64,000 nucleotides of DNA from Candidatus Poribacteria bacterium (GTDB lineage Bacteria > Poribacteria > WGA-4E > WGA-3G), in the NCBI GenBank assembly GCA_963665235.2, contig CAXXLX010000001.1, forward strand, positions 1,184,001 to 1,248,000. Direction: 5' to 3'. Position numbers and translations under genes: made by a program. Below the pieces are notes generated by a model that made no database searches, was not told the origin of the DNA, and was given only the letters and a program-made list of their open reading frames with translations. The first letter of the stretch is position 1, and every line of letters begins with the position of its first letter. This document shows positions 54,641-64,000 of this stretch, piece by piece.

Positions 54641-54741
54641 GTCAGTGACACAGTAAAAAAAATGTTGACTTAATTTGAAATACAGAGTTATACTATAAGA
54701 AATAATGCCTTGCAAAGGAAAATTTTAAAAGGAGATAAAAA

Positions 54742-55767
54742 ATGAACAGATTTAAAGCATCTCGATTTTCATCAGTTCTCACACTACTCACGTTTGTTTG
54801 CAGTGTAGGCATCGCTTTGCCTGCTTTAGGCGAATGGATCAATTTACAAAAACGTGACCCGGCAATTCGGGATTACATGTCTATCACGTTTACAAGCAAG
54901 AAGACTGGTTGGGCAGTCGGTTCCGCATCGTTTGAAGATTTGGACAATCCCGGCTTCATCGGATACACCCTAGATAGTGGCAAAACCTGGGAGAAAGCGG
55001 ATATCAAAATCCAAACGGACCTCACCGAAATCTATTTTTTGGATGAGAAACACGGTTGGGCGGTCGGTGCCAAGGGCGCAATCGCTAGGACCACTAACGG
55101 AAAAGACTGGGAGGTACAAATCAGTAAGGTTGACAACTGGCTGAATAGCGTCCATTTTGTTAGCACCGATGTCGGTTACGCAGCAGGCGCGAACGAGACT
55201 ATCCTTGGTACGCAAAATGGGGGACGCTCTTGGAAAGTCCTTCAAGGCGGCACAATCAGCGAGGGTGTCGGGGACGAAGATACAACGTTGTATAATGCCA
55301 TTCAGTTTTTTGACGAAAAAACAGGATGGGTTGCGGGAATCCGTCTGAGTCCCACTACAAAAACGCAGAGCGCACTCATTCAGAAAACCACGGATGGTGG
55401 CAGAAAATGGGTTGTCCAAGAAACAGGAAAAGAGGATATCTTGGAAGACATTTTTTTCCTTGATGACAAGCAGGGCTGGGCAGTCGGCGAAAACGGAATT
55501 ATCCTATACACAAACAACGGCGGAGACACCTGGCGCGAGCAGACCAGTGGCACGGAGGAAAAACTTCGAAGTATTCAATTCGTAGATAAACACGTGGGTT
55601 GGGCCGTTGGCGGAGACTTCGGGGTCGGGGTTATTCTCAGTACCAGCAACGGCGGCAAAAAATGGGACGTTCAACAAATTGGGCAGCAAATCGTCAAAGT
55701 ATCCGCGCTTGACCAGAAGAATGCTTGGTTAGCAGGCGCAGACGGTGCCATTTTTAAACTAGAGTAG
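54742..55767 (+). CDS. YCF48/BNR-repeat beta-propeller protein
   Basis: Repeated F.D...GWAVG..G.I..T.DGG.TW units. Confidence 0.88.
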   Translation: MNRFKASRFSSVLTLLTFVCSVGIALPALGEWINLQKRDPAIRDYMSITFTSKKTGWAVGSASFEDLDNPGFIGYTLDSGKTWEKADIKIQTDLTEIYFLDEKHGWAVGAKGAIARTTNGKDWEVQISKVDNWLNSVHFVSTDVGYAAGANETILGTQNGGRSWKVLQGGTISEGVGDEDTTLYNAIQFFDEKTGWVAGIRLSPTTKTQSALIQKTTDGGRKWVVQETGKEDILEDIFFLDDKQGWAVGENGIILYTNNGGDTWREQTSGTEEKLRSIQFVDKHVGWAVGGDFGVGVILSTSNGGKKWDVQQIGQQIVKVSALDQKNAWLAGADGAIFKLE

Positions 55768-55879
55768 GCGCCCATTTGTCAGATGAACGTTAGGTTAAAT
55801 AACGAGAATACCCGAAGGTCTTAAAGTAGCAAATCCGGGCAAAGATGAACGCGCGGAAGCGCGGAAAAGGAGTAGAATT

Positions 55880-57055
55880 TTGGGAGATGTATCTATATTC
55901 GCCAAGCGCATGAGTCGCTTGGGAACTGAATCGGCTTTTGAGGTGCTCGCTAAAGCGAAAAGCTTAGAAGCACAAGGCAAAGATATTATTCATTTAGAAA
56001 TTGGGCAACCGGATTTTCCGACTCCAGCAAATATTTGCGAAGCTGCATTCCAAGCGATGAAAGATGGACATACCGGCTATTGCCCCTCGGCAGGAGTGCC
56101 AGAATTTCGAGAAGTTATTGCACAACATATTACGGAGACACGCGGGGTTGATATCCACCCAGCGGAGGTAACCGTTACGCCCGGGGCGAAACCTATTATT
56201 TTTTTCACAATAATCGCATTAATTGATGAGGGTGATGAGGTTATCTATCCGGACCCCGGATTCCCTGTCTATGAATCCGTTATCAATTTCATCGGCGGAA
56301 CTGCTGTCCCACTCCCGCTCCGTGAAGAGGTTGACTTCCGATTTCGAATTGATGACCTCACCGAAGCCATCACGGCACGCACAAAACTGCTTATCCTCAA
56401 CTCACCGCAGAACCCAACAGGTGGGACCCTCATGGAAACCGACCTCGTTGCTATCGCTGAACTCGCGGAAAAACATAACTTTTATATTCTAACGGACGAA
56501 GTTTACTCGCGGCTGCTCTATGAAGGAAACCATCAGAGTATCATCAGCCTTCCCGGAATGAAGGAACGGACCATTCTGATTGAGGGGCACTCTAAAACGT
56601 ATGCAATGACAGGTTGGCGACTCGGATACGGCATCGCTCCCCAGGAAATCGCTGATAAGATTACCCAATTGACTATTAACTCAAACTCCTGCACTGCAAC
56701 CTTTACACAAATCGCTGGAATAGAGGCACTGACGGGCCCGCAGACGTTTGTTAGAGAGATGGTCGTAGAATTTCGCAAACGGCGGGATGCAATTGTGAAC
56801 GGTCTCAATGCTATTGACGGTATTAGCTGTATCAAACCCCTCGGTTCGTTCTATGTTTTTCCCAACGTCACGGAGTTGCCGCTTTCTTGCGAGCTGCTTG
56901 CTGACTATCTGATGGATGAGGCTGAAGTTGCCTTGTTGCCCGGTACAGCTTTCGGCAAATATGGCGATGGTTATCTCCGTCTCTCTTACGCTAACTCATT
57001 GGAGAATATTGAGGAAGCACTACACCGAATGAAAACCGCAATCGCGAAACTATAG
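55880..57055 (+). CDS. Class I/II PLP aminotransferase (AspB-like)
   Basis: NSPQNPTG, DEVY, SKTYAMTGWRLGY. Confidence 0.92.
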   Translation: MGDVSIFAKRMSRLGTESAFEVLAKAKSLEAQGKDIIHLEIGQPDFPTPANICEAAFQAMKDGHTGYCPSAGVPEFREVIAQHITETRGVDIHPAEVTVTPGAKPIIFFTIIALIDEGDEVIYPDPGFPVYESVINFIGGTAVPLPLREEVDFRFRIDDLTEAITARTKLLILNSPQNPTGGTLMETDLVAIAELAEKHNFYILTDEVYSRLLYEGNHQSIISLPGMKERTILIEGHSKTYAMTGWRLGYGIAPQEIADKITQLTINSNSCTATFTQIAGIEALTGPQTFVREMVVEFRKRRDAIVNGLNAIDGISCIKPLGSFYVFPNVTELPLSCELLADYLMDEAEVALLPGTAFGKYGDGYLRLSYANSLENIEEALHRMKTAIAKL

Positions 57056-57081
57056 GCACAAATCGGAGGGCAGTTTCTCAC

Positions 57082-58035
57082 ATGTTTCGTAAAGCTACAG
57101 CGCGCATTCCTGCAAGTACAACGAATCTCGGTCCCGGATTTGATGTGCTCGGGCTAGCACTTAAACTCTACAGTACGATTACGTTGGAAACTACATCCAC
57201 CGACACCCAAGTTGTTATCAGTGGCGTAGACGCTGATAAGATACCGAGTACCCCGGAACATATTGCGTTTCAAGCAGTTGCCCACGTTTTCAAAGAGAGC
57301 GGGACGAAACTGAAGTTGGAAAACCTTAAGTTGAGCATAGAAAACGGGATTCCAGCGATTCGCGGTTTAGGCGGAAGTGGTACAGCAATTATCGGCGGGT
57401 TATTGACGGCTAATGTCTTGTGTGGTAACCCATTTTCTCGGTCAGAGCTTCTCAATTTTGCAACAGTCTTAGAGGGGCATCCGGACAATGTCGCTGCGTC
57501 CCTATATGGCGGTTTGGTCATTTCAGCACAGGAGGGTCCGCAAATCCACACTATCCAGTTAGAATGTCCGCCTGCCCTTCATGTCGTATTGGCTATTCCA
57601 GATTTTCCGCTATCTACCCAAGAGGCGCGCCGTATTTTACCGGAACAAATCAATTTTTCGGATGCAATTTACAATACGAGTCGAAGTGCACTGTTAATCG
57701 GTAGCATCGCCACTGGAAAATTGGAGATGCTACCGATAGCCATGAAAGATAGACTGCATCAACCCTATCGTAGCAAATTGATTCCGGGATTTGATGATGT
57801 CGTGACAGCTGCAACTGCTGCGGGGGCACTCAGCGTTGCCTTAAGTGGTGCTGGCCCGACTATTGCCGCTTACTGTTTAGAAAACATGAAAGCGGTGGGA
57901 AATCAGATGGCTAAGGCGTTCAAAAAACACAACGTTGCATGTCAAATTCGGACTCTGGGCATTGATAGGGACGGTGCAGTGGTCTTCGGTAAGGAAGGAG
58001 AAAGCGAGGTGTCGGAGAAACCCCATGCAATTTAG
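57082..58035 (+). CDS. thrB: Homoserine kinase
   Basis: PASTTNLGPGFD, RGLGGSG, EGHPDN, HQPYR, SGAGP. Confidence 0.95.
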   Translation: MFRKATARIPASTTNLGPGFDVLGLALKLYSTITLETTSTDTQVVISGVDADKIPSTPEHIAFQAVAHVFKESGTKLKLENLKLSIENGIPAIRGLGGSGTAIIGGLLTANVLCGNPFSRSELLNFATVLEGHPDNVAASLYGGLVISAQEGPQIHTIQLECPPALHVVLAIPDFPLSTQEARRILPEQINFSDAIYNTSRSALLIGSIATGKLEMLPIAMKDRLHQPYRSKLIPGFDDVVTAATAAGALSVALSGAGPTIAAYCLENMKAVGNQMAKAFKKHNVACQIRTLGIDRDGAVVFGKEGESEVSEKPHAI

Positions 58036-60801
58036 GTGAACGGCATCCTCAAGCGGAATAGGAAAATTATGTTAAATTTTTATTCAGAAAGCATTTCATT
58101 CCTCCTGAATCAATTCAACAGTGACCTCAAACAGGGCTTAAGTCTGGAGCAGGTAGAGAAATCAAGGGCACGTCACGGGAAAAACGAATTCGGTCCAAAA
58201 GAAAAGTGGCAGCAATTTAAAGTCCCATTTTGGAAACCGCTCTTTAATTGGAAATCGCTAATATTAGCTATTGCTGTAGCAGTTGTTTTTTACAACCTAA
58301 CGTCTATTTCAAAAAGCGCGCTTATCGCAGGCATCCTGATTTTTCAAGTGTGTTGGATATGCTTCGCCGCTTTCCGTATTCGACATCGGCGGAAATTACG
58401 TGAGATACAGCTCAGTGTTACGGTATCGGTTATTCGGCAGGGGAAGCAGGAAAAATGCTTGCCCGTCGATATTGTACCGGGAGACCTCATTTTTCTGAGG
58501 GCTGGTGATTACGTACCTGCGGATGCCAGAATCGTTGAGGCAGATGGACTTAGCGTTGATGAGTCTGCCCTATTCGGGAGTAGTGAGCCCACAGCAAAAA
58601 CGAGCAAGGAGATAACCGAAGTAGGCAGTCCAGCGAAGAAGCAAACCAACATGGTTTTTGGCGGAACTTATGTCGATACAGGATTTGGGAAAGCAATCGT
58701 CGTCAGAACTGGGAACAAACTTGAAATGTGGCGGGATTTGGCTAAGGCACGTTCTTTACCAACAGCTGGCACTATCGCAGAGACCCAAGTCAAATTATTC
58801 AGAGATACGCTCATTGTTACAGGCATTGTCATCGGTGTAATCGCCGCCGGCCTGTATTGGTGGAACGAATCGTCTCAGCAACAACTCACGTGGCAAGCAG
58901 TCCAATTCGGTTTAATTTTTGCCATCGCTGCCACCCCGAACGATGTCATGGTCCTGCTATACCTCATTTTTGACCAGAAAGCTGCCGTTTTGCTGAAAAA
59001 AGGAATCGTCCTCCGGCATCCACATTACTTGGAAAAATTGAATCGAATCAGCATCTTTTGTGCAAATGAAAAAGGAATTGAAAGTACAAAGGCCCTTGCT
59101 ATTTCCAACCTTTTCGTTGATGAACAGGTCGTGGAACGTTCTGTATGGGAAAACTGGTTGAATTTTCTTGAGACGCAACCCGCTGAAAAAAGACCGGAAG
59201 CGATTAACGATATTCCACACCACTTCCAAATTCCTCAAGACACTCCCGAACTGCTGTTGACCGCAGGCCTAGGTACGTCTGGCGAACAGTATCATGATAG
59301 AACCGATGCCGCCCAGTCCCATCAACGCATCATACAAAAAATAGGTGAACGCCTCGGTTATCAATTAGATGACCTTAAAGCGAATATGCCGCTAATAGCA
59401 GAATACCCGTGGACATCTAACTTCGGCTATGAGATGCATGTGTTCGAAACGGCGGAAAATGAATATCTCAATATTATCTTCGGGGATGCCCTGAATGTTC
59501 TTGAGGCATGCCAGTTCATCCTCATAGATGGTGAAACAGTACCGTTCGACTATGACCAATACGAGACATGTCTCGGAGTTTTAAGCGACATGCAACACGC
59601 CAACGCAAGTGTCTATGGTGTCGCATCGAATGCCTCAGATATCGCTTTGACACCGAGGGAGGTTCAAGGTACATCAACCCTCTTAGGGTTCATCGCGTTC
59701 TCACACAGCGATAACGAAGAGACGAGAGAAGTTGTCCGAGCAAGTCTAGATGCTGGGTTAAAAGTCATTCTGATAACCGAAAGTGATGAACAGACGACAA
59801 TCGATTTCGCAAGAGAATTAGGCATTATCCACACCCGAAGGGCGGTCAGCACGCGGGAAATACTCGCCCAACTCTCTACACAGGAATTTGACAAAGAGGT
59901 ACCGAATTGGGGCGCATATTCCCAACCTACACAGGAACAGCGCCGAAACATTGTTCTCGGTTTGAAACGCCACGGACATACGGTCGGGTTCCTCGGAGAA
60001 AGCACTGTTGACCAACGCGCTATGACATTGGCTGACCTAGCGTTTGCTAATATGACGCACGCATCACACCTTGCCCAGGACCACGCCGACTGTTTAATAT
60101 TAGAGAAGGGATTCCGAGCTATCAAGGATGGCCTATTTTATGCACGAGAAGCCTATCAAAACCTCGCCGGCTCCCTCAGATGGTGTTTTTCATGCACGCT
60201 CGCCCAATTGCTAACGGTTGTATTTGGACTGATTCTCTACCTAATATTCGGAGCCGAGAGACTCCCGTTGACGCTCACGCAGCTAATCTGGGTGCAATTT
60301 CTAACAACAGGACTTACTGCAATCGGGCTGGGTACTGAAAAAATATTTGCTGATGCGAAACAACACCGCCCAAGAAAAACGAACACGTTCCTGCCGAAAA
60401 CTGCTGTCTTCGATGTTGTTTGTCGAGGCCTTGTTATTAGTTTAATGACAATTACCCATTTCTTAGTACTCGCTGGGTCGGCTAGTCCGGAACAGGCACG
60501 CACTGCTGCTTGCACAACACTCATTTTTTCACAATTGGCAGCATACTTCCAATGTGTCCGATACCCATCGGAATCTCTCTTTAAAAGGATGTTTGCGAAT
60601 ATCTGGCTACTTGGCACCTTCAGCGTCGTTATAGGAATTCACATCGCCGCAATCTCTTTTGAGCCTATGAAGGCACTTTTGACCCTCACACTCCCTGAAG
60701 GCGAATGGATAATGACATGGCTGGTGACATCACTCTGCTGCTGCCTCTTACTGCTGTTACCTTTAAATTTGGCGATAAATCCGCGTCAAGATGGGCGTTA
60801 G
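58036..60801 (+). CDS. P-type (type II-like) cation ATPase homologue with degenerate catalytic motifs
   Basis: GLS...HGKNE, IVPGD, PADAR, VDESAL and TM layout are conserved, but the DKTGT position reads ANEKG. Start may be 58069. Confidence 0.85.
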   Translation: MNGILKRNRKIMLNFYSESISFLLNQFNSDLKQGLSLEQVEKSRARHGKNEFGPKEKWQQFKVPFWKPLFNWKSLILAIAVAVVFYNLTSISKSALIAGILIFQVCWICFAAFRIRHRRKLREIQLSVTVSVIRQGKQEKCLPVDIVPGDLIFLRAGDYVPADARIVEADGLSVDESALFGSSEPTAKTSKEITEVGSPAKKQTNMVFGGTYVDTGFGKAIVVRTGNKLEMWRDLAKARSLPTAGTIAETQVKLFRDTLIVTGIVIGVIAAGLYWWNESSQQQLTWQAVQFGLIFAIAATPNDVMVLLYLIFDQKAAVLLKKGIVLRHPHYLEKLNRISIFCANEKGIESTKALAISNLFVDEQVVERSVWENWLNFLETQPAEKRPEAINDIPHHFQIPQDTPELLLTAGLGTSGEQYHDRTDAAQSHQRIIQKIGERLGYQLDDLKANMPLIAEYPWTSNFGYEMHVFETAENEYLNIIFGDALNVLEACQFILIDGETVPFDYDQYETCLGVLSDMQHANASVYGVASNASDIALTPREVQGTSTLLGFIAFSHSDNEETREVVRASLDAGLKVILITESDEQTTIDFARELGIIHTRRAVSTREILAQLSTQEFDKEVPNWGAYSQPTQEQRRNIVLGLKRHGHTVGFLGESTVDQRAMTLADLAFANMTHASHLAQDHADCLILEKGFRAIKDGLFYAREAYQNLAGSLRWCFSCTLAQLLTVVFGLILYLIFGAERLPLTLTQLIWVQFLTTGLTAIGLGTEKIFADAKQHRPRKTNTFLPKTAVFDVVCRGLVISLMTITHFLVLAGSASPEQARTAACTTLIFSQLAAYFQCVRYPSESLFKRMFANIWLLGTFSVVIGIHIAAISFEPMKALLTLTLPEGEWIMTWLVTSLCCCLLLLLPLNLAINPRQDGR

Positions 60802-60817
60802 CACAGCAAGAGCCCCG

Positions 60818-62770
60818 CTAAACCCAGAAACCGTAGGTGGGAATACCGGCAACAATGCCTACAACTGTCCATAGACTCCCGACTGTGAATTCACCCAGGA
60901 TAAGCCCTAAGAAGAACGGGGCTAGTTTCCGATATTTTACGGGCCCACCATATTGAAGAATGAGCCACTTTATTAACCAGCTCACGAAAAGGCAACACCA
61001 AGTGACGTTCATTCCCCAGCTCGTAGAAATGGCAAAACCAGCAGGATGAAACGGCCACCATACAAATCGCATCCGAAATAGCTGTAGCACTGTTGTTAGC
61101 AGAAAACCTAGCCCCATAAACCCGCTTTCAGGAATAAGTGTATCGCCAGGCGTTTGCAGCCAACCCGCTAAGCGGCGGTAAGGCTCTATACCGAACGCAC
61201 TCAACGATGGCCAATAGGCGCGAATCTCCATCCCTAACCGATGCCCCCGGTCAATTAACGCCCAAAATCCGGCCAATGTGCCCAGCACAGCTGCTAACGT
61301 CAAGGCAAAAATTATCCGATGCATTGTCATACCTGTCCGTTCCATTATCTTAAAACCTTCTAACTGATGCGGCATTGGATGACTACGATAGGCACGGTTG
61401 ATGAACCAAAACATTGAGAACATGATGAGGTTACCGCGCCCTAGCCGACGCGTCCCTACCGTCCGTGTTAAAATTTCATCTGGACCGGAATAGTGTAAAT
61501 CGTGAACTGGGGTGCCTAACTCGGCGCGCATGCGCGTTACAGCGATAGAAATCATATAATAGAGAACGAAAAACGTTAGCATGATACCGATGCTCGCCCC
61601 ACCGTAGTAGCAAAAAAGCACTAGGAACACTAACACCGCGATGAGCCCAAGCACCGCTGCACGGTAGGACATCGGCTCATCGATATCTTCGCGTGCCGCC
61701 TCCCGCCTGAAAACTGAACGTCCCACTACAAGCAGATGCCGACGACTCGCCCAAATCGCTAAAACGCACAAGGCAAGATAGCCCCCGGAGGCCTGCTCAT
61801 TCATATACGGAAAGCGCGGAAGACTTCGAAAACCGAACGCAGCCCCTACGACACGCATTAGCCGCCAATACCAAAAGAAAAACCAGCACGAAAACGAAAG
61901 GTCTAACGGAATGAAAAAGCCGAGCCCAATTGCAAACGGATAAAATGAAAACGGAATTCTTCCCATTGCATTCCACGGACTCTCTGTGAATATCTGAACG
62001 CTCTGAATGCGGGTCCGAAACTCCGGTAAGATTGGATACAGAAAGTTCACACCGTTCCACAGTGCCAACCCCCCAGCAATACCGAAACCGAGCCACATTA
62101 ACCTGTTCTGAAAAAAACGGTTGTGCCGCGTCTCCGTAAGATGCACCGGGAGGTGAATAATAGGATAACTCAACTTCTCGTGCCCTATCCACTGTTTCCG
62201 GATAATTACATTAATGCAAAGCATGCCGAAAACCAACGCACTGATAAAGGCAAGCCACCACAGCACCGGAGTTGCCCAACCGAGCAGGGAGTCAAGGGTA
62301 TAGAGCGGTACGTCCCCCTCGTAATAGCCTTGTAGCAATCGGTTATCGCTAATTGTCAACCATTCTGGGAGAAAGGGTACAAAAAGCTGCTGCCATTCAT
62401 TTTCAGGGGTCGCAAACCGGAACGCATGCCCGAGCATCGGTACTAAAATTTCAAGCATATCGTGACCTGTAATACCGGACGCGATAGAAAGCATCAGGTA
62501 AACAACGACCAATTCACTCTGTACTAACGCCACCCTCGGGAGGAAACGGCGCAGTAATTGATTAATACCGATAACGACAAATAGGCTGAAAATGACGTTG
62601 AAAAAAAGCGAAATGGTAACAGGGTGCCCCGAATAACGGATAACCTCCATCTCAATGACCCAATAGCAGTTTATCGGAATCAGGAGGACAGCAATTAGGA
62701 TAGATTTAAACGTTACACCGTGGGCAGGAATTTGCGGGGATGCTGGCTGTGAACGGTTTTGAACTTCCAT
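60818..62770 (-). CDS. Polytopic membrane protein, DUF6785/DUF6784-like
   Basis: 650 aa, many TMs; E.LSYPI..LP, RMRAELG, HPMPHQLEGFK, FVWWPFHPAG, FFLGLILGE. Confidence 0.85.
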   Translation of the reverse strand: MEVQNRSQPASPQIPAHGVTFKSILIAVLLIPINCYWVIEMEVIRYSGHPVTISLFFNVIFSLFVVIGINQLLRRFLPRVALVQSELVVVYLMLSIASGITGHDMLEILVPMLGHAFRFATPENEWQQLFVPFLPEWLTISDNRLLQGYYEGDVPLYTLDSLLGWATPVLWWLAFISALVFGMLCINVIIRKQWIGHEKLSYPIIHLPVHLTETRHNRFFQNRLMWLGFGIAGGLALWNGVNFLYPILPEFRTRIQSVQIFTESPWNAMGRIPFSFYPFAIGLGFFIPLDLSFSCWFFFWYWRLMRVVGAAFGFRSLPRFPYMNEQASGGYLALCVLAIWASRRHLLVVGRSVFRREAAREDIDEPMSYRAAVLGLIAVLVFLVLFCYYGGASIGIMLTFFVLYYMISIAVTRMRAELGTPVHDLHYSGPDEILTRTVGTRRLGRGNLIMFSMFWFINRAYRSHPMPHQLEGFKIMERTGMTMHRIIFALTLAAVLGTLAGFWALIDRGHRLGMEIRAYWPSLSAFGIEPYRRLAGWLQTPGDTLIPESGFMGLGFLLTTVLQLFRMRFVWWPFHPAGFAISTSWGMNVTWCCLFVSWLIKWLILQYGGPVKYRKLAPFFLGLILGEFTVGSLWTVVGIVAGIPTYGFWV

Positions 62771-62857
62771 AGCTTATACGAAACAATCTGATAAAACAAA
62801 AATCTATGTTCAGTTTACCACAATAGACAAGATGTGTCAACAGATGTATAAAGTTTT

Positions 62858-63201
62858 GAGTGCGTAAAGTTTTTGTACCCCCGTTTGTAGTAGGGCGATT
62901 CATCGCCCGTCGTGTTGTCCAGTGTTGTGATGTGCGATGCGTTTTGCTACGAGAACCCGTGCTGCGACGGGCAATCAATTGCCCTACTACGAGCACAGTT
63001 GTGATGCACAATGCGTTTTGCTGTAGGCGTGGGGAACCGTTGGTTTCCCAAATACTAAGCATCAATAGATTAACTTGTACAGAAATTTTGCACACTCGTC
63101 AGAACTGCGTAGATGTTATCAAAAACCCTCTTTTTTCCGCGTTTTCTGTGTCCTCTGTGTTTTCCGCGATTCTGACAGTTGTACAAAAACTTTACACACC
63201 C
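62858..63201. mobile_element. Degenerate MITE related to 12081-12401
   Basis: Ends GAGTGCGTAAAGTTTTTGTAC / GTACAAAAACTTTACACACCC; internal GTAG...CTAC palindromic pair; no clean TSD. Confidence 0.6.
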
Positions 63202-63248
63202 AAAAAAGTAGGGGCAAGGCTATTTAGTTTTCGTTTACATACATTAAC

Positions 63249-63535
63249 TAGGACTTACGCATTCCCCTCCGCTCCTCTACTAGCGGGATATCGGTATTAG
63301 TCCCGTAGGGACGATATATTTATAGAAACACAAAACGCCTCACCCCTGCTTAGTCCCGTAGGGACGACATATTTATAGAATGAAAAAAAACGTTAATCTT
63401 ACGCAAATTTAGAACATAAGCTCAGTATTCGGGCAAACGGTTTCCCGCTCCTCTAGGGCTGGGTCCCCCAGCCCGCTAAGTCAACCTCTAAATCCCATTA
63501 TCTATGGACTTTAGCAACGCGCTGCGTAAGTCCTG
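63249..63535. mobile_element. MITE with AGGACTTACGCA TIRs carrying two REP family-1 copies
   Basis: TAGGACTTACGCA...TGCGTAAGTCCTG; REP1 at ~63298 and ~63351; a related left end occurs at ~10920. Confidence 0.65.
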
Positions 63536-63588
63536 TAATTATTCTATCATTACCGGTTGTTAGAAATGAAACGGAGAACGGAAGACCC

Positions 63589-64000
63589 AAACTATAAGTT
63601 TATGCTACAAGAAAGCGCACAAACTGGAAGTTTATGCTACAATAAAGCGCACAAACTGGAAGTTTATGCTACAAGAAAGCACACAAACTGGAAGTTTATG
63701 CTACAATAAAGCGCACAAACTGGAAGTTTATACTACAAGAAAGCGCACAAACTGGAAGTTTATGCTACAAGAAAGCGCACAAACTGGAAGTTTATGCTAC
63801 AATAAAGCGCACAAACTGGAAGTTTATACTACAATAAAGCGCACAAACTGGAAGTTTATACTACAATAAAGCGCACAAACTGGAAGTTTATACTACAATA
63901 AAGCGCACAAACTGGAAGTTTATGCTACAATAAAGCGCACAAACTGGAAGTTTATACTACAAGAAAGCGCACAAACTGGAAGTTTATGCTACAAGAAAGA
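63589..64000 (-). repeat. Tandem array of a 32-bp GTAG-REP family-2 unit (at least 12 full copies, runs off the window)
   Basis: Plus-strand unit (G/T)AAAGCGCACAAACTGGAAGTTTAT(G/A)CTACAA; minus strand reads GTAG + palindrome CATAAACT-TCC-AGTTTGTG. Confidence 0.9.

Noticed and set aside
55770-55879. SAM-I riboswitch before the aminotransferase
   Set aside because: Only a weak GCAAATCC...AAAGATGA resemblance; the core P1-P3 motifs are absent.
63589-64000. CRISPR array or repeat protein (ORF 63666-63869)
   Set aside because: Head-to-tail 32-bp units with no spacers; the ORF is a by-product of the repeat.

Overview
Bacterial genomic window of mostly housekeeping genes (leuS, rnj, leuC/leuD, rplU-rpmA, guaA, dprA, livGF, lgt, queF, sppA, pcm, thrB) mixed with many WD40/TPR/Ig-like proteins. 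That gene style suggests a Poribacteria-like sponge symbiont (inference only). The main find is at 17401-25386: five tandem genes that the ORF track splits in two but that read through an in-frame TGA in the motif D-E-[SA]-C-(TGA)-G-[ST]-G. They align motif-for-motif with animal selenoprotein N (SELENON), and each has a covarying bacterial-SECIS-like hairpin at the same distance after the TGA. The copies carry 0, 1 or 2 copies of an unrecognised C-terminal ~125-aa domain, and one copy is a pseudogene. Other notable items: (i) an IS200/IS605 OMEGA element (omegaRNA + IsrB) inserted exactly between the leuC ribosome-binding site and its ATG; (ii) a dead Y1 transposase next to a CRISPR-mimicking array of 22 palindromic repeats with four shuffled spacer types, itself disrupted by a MITE carrying a second REP family that is tandemly amplified at the window's right end; (iii) a full-length P-type ATPase homologue lacking all catalytic motifs; (iv) an ~890-bp tandem duplication at a giant TPR gene. 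All family assignments are from motif recognition by eye; no searches were run.
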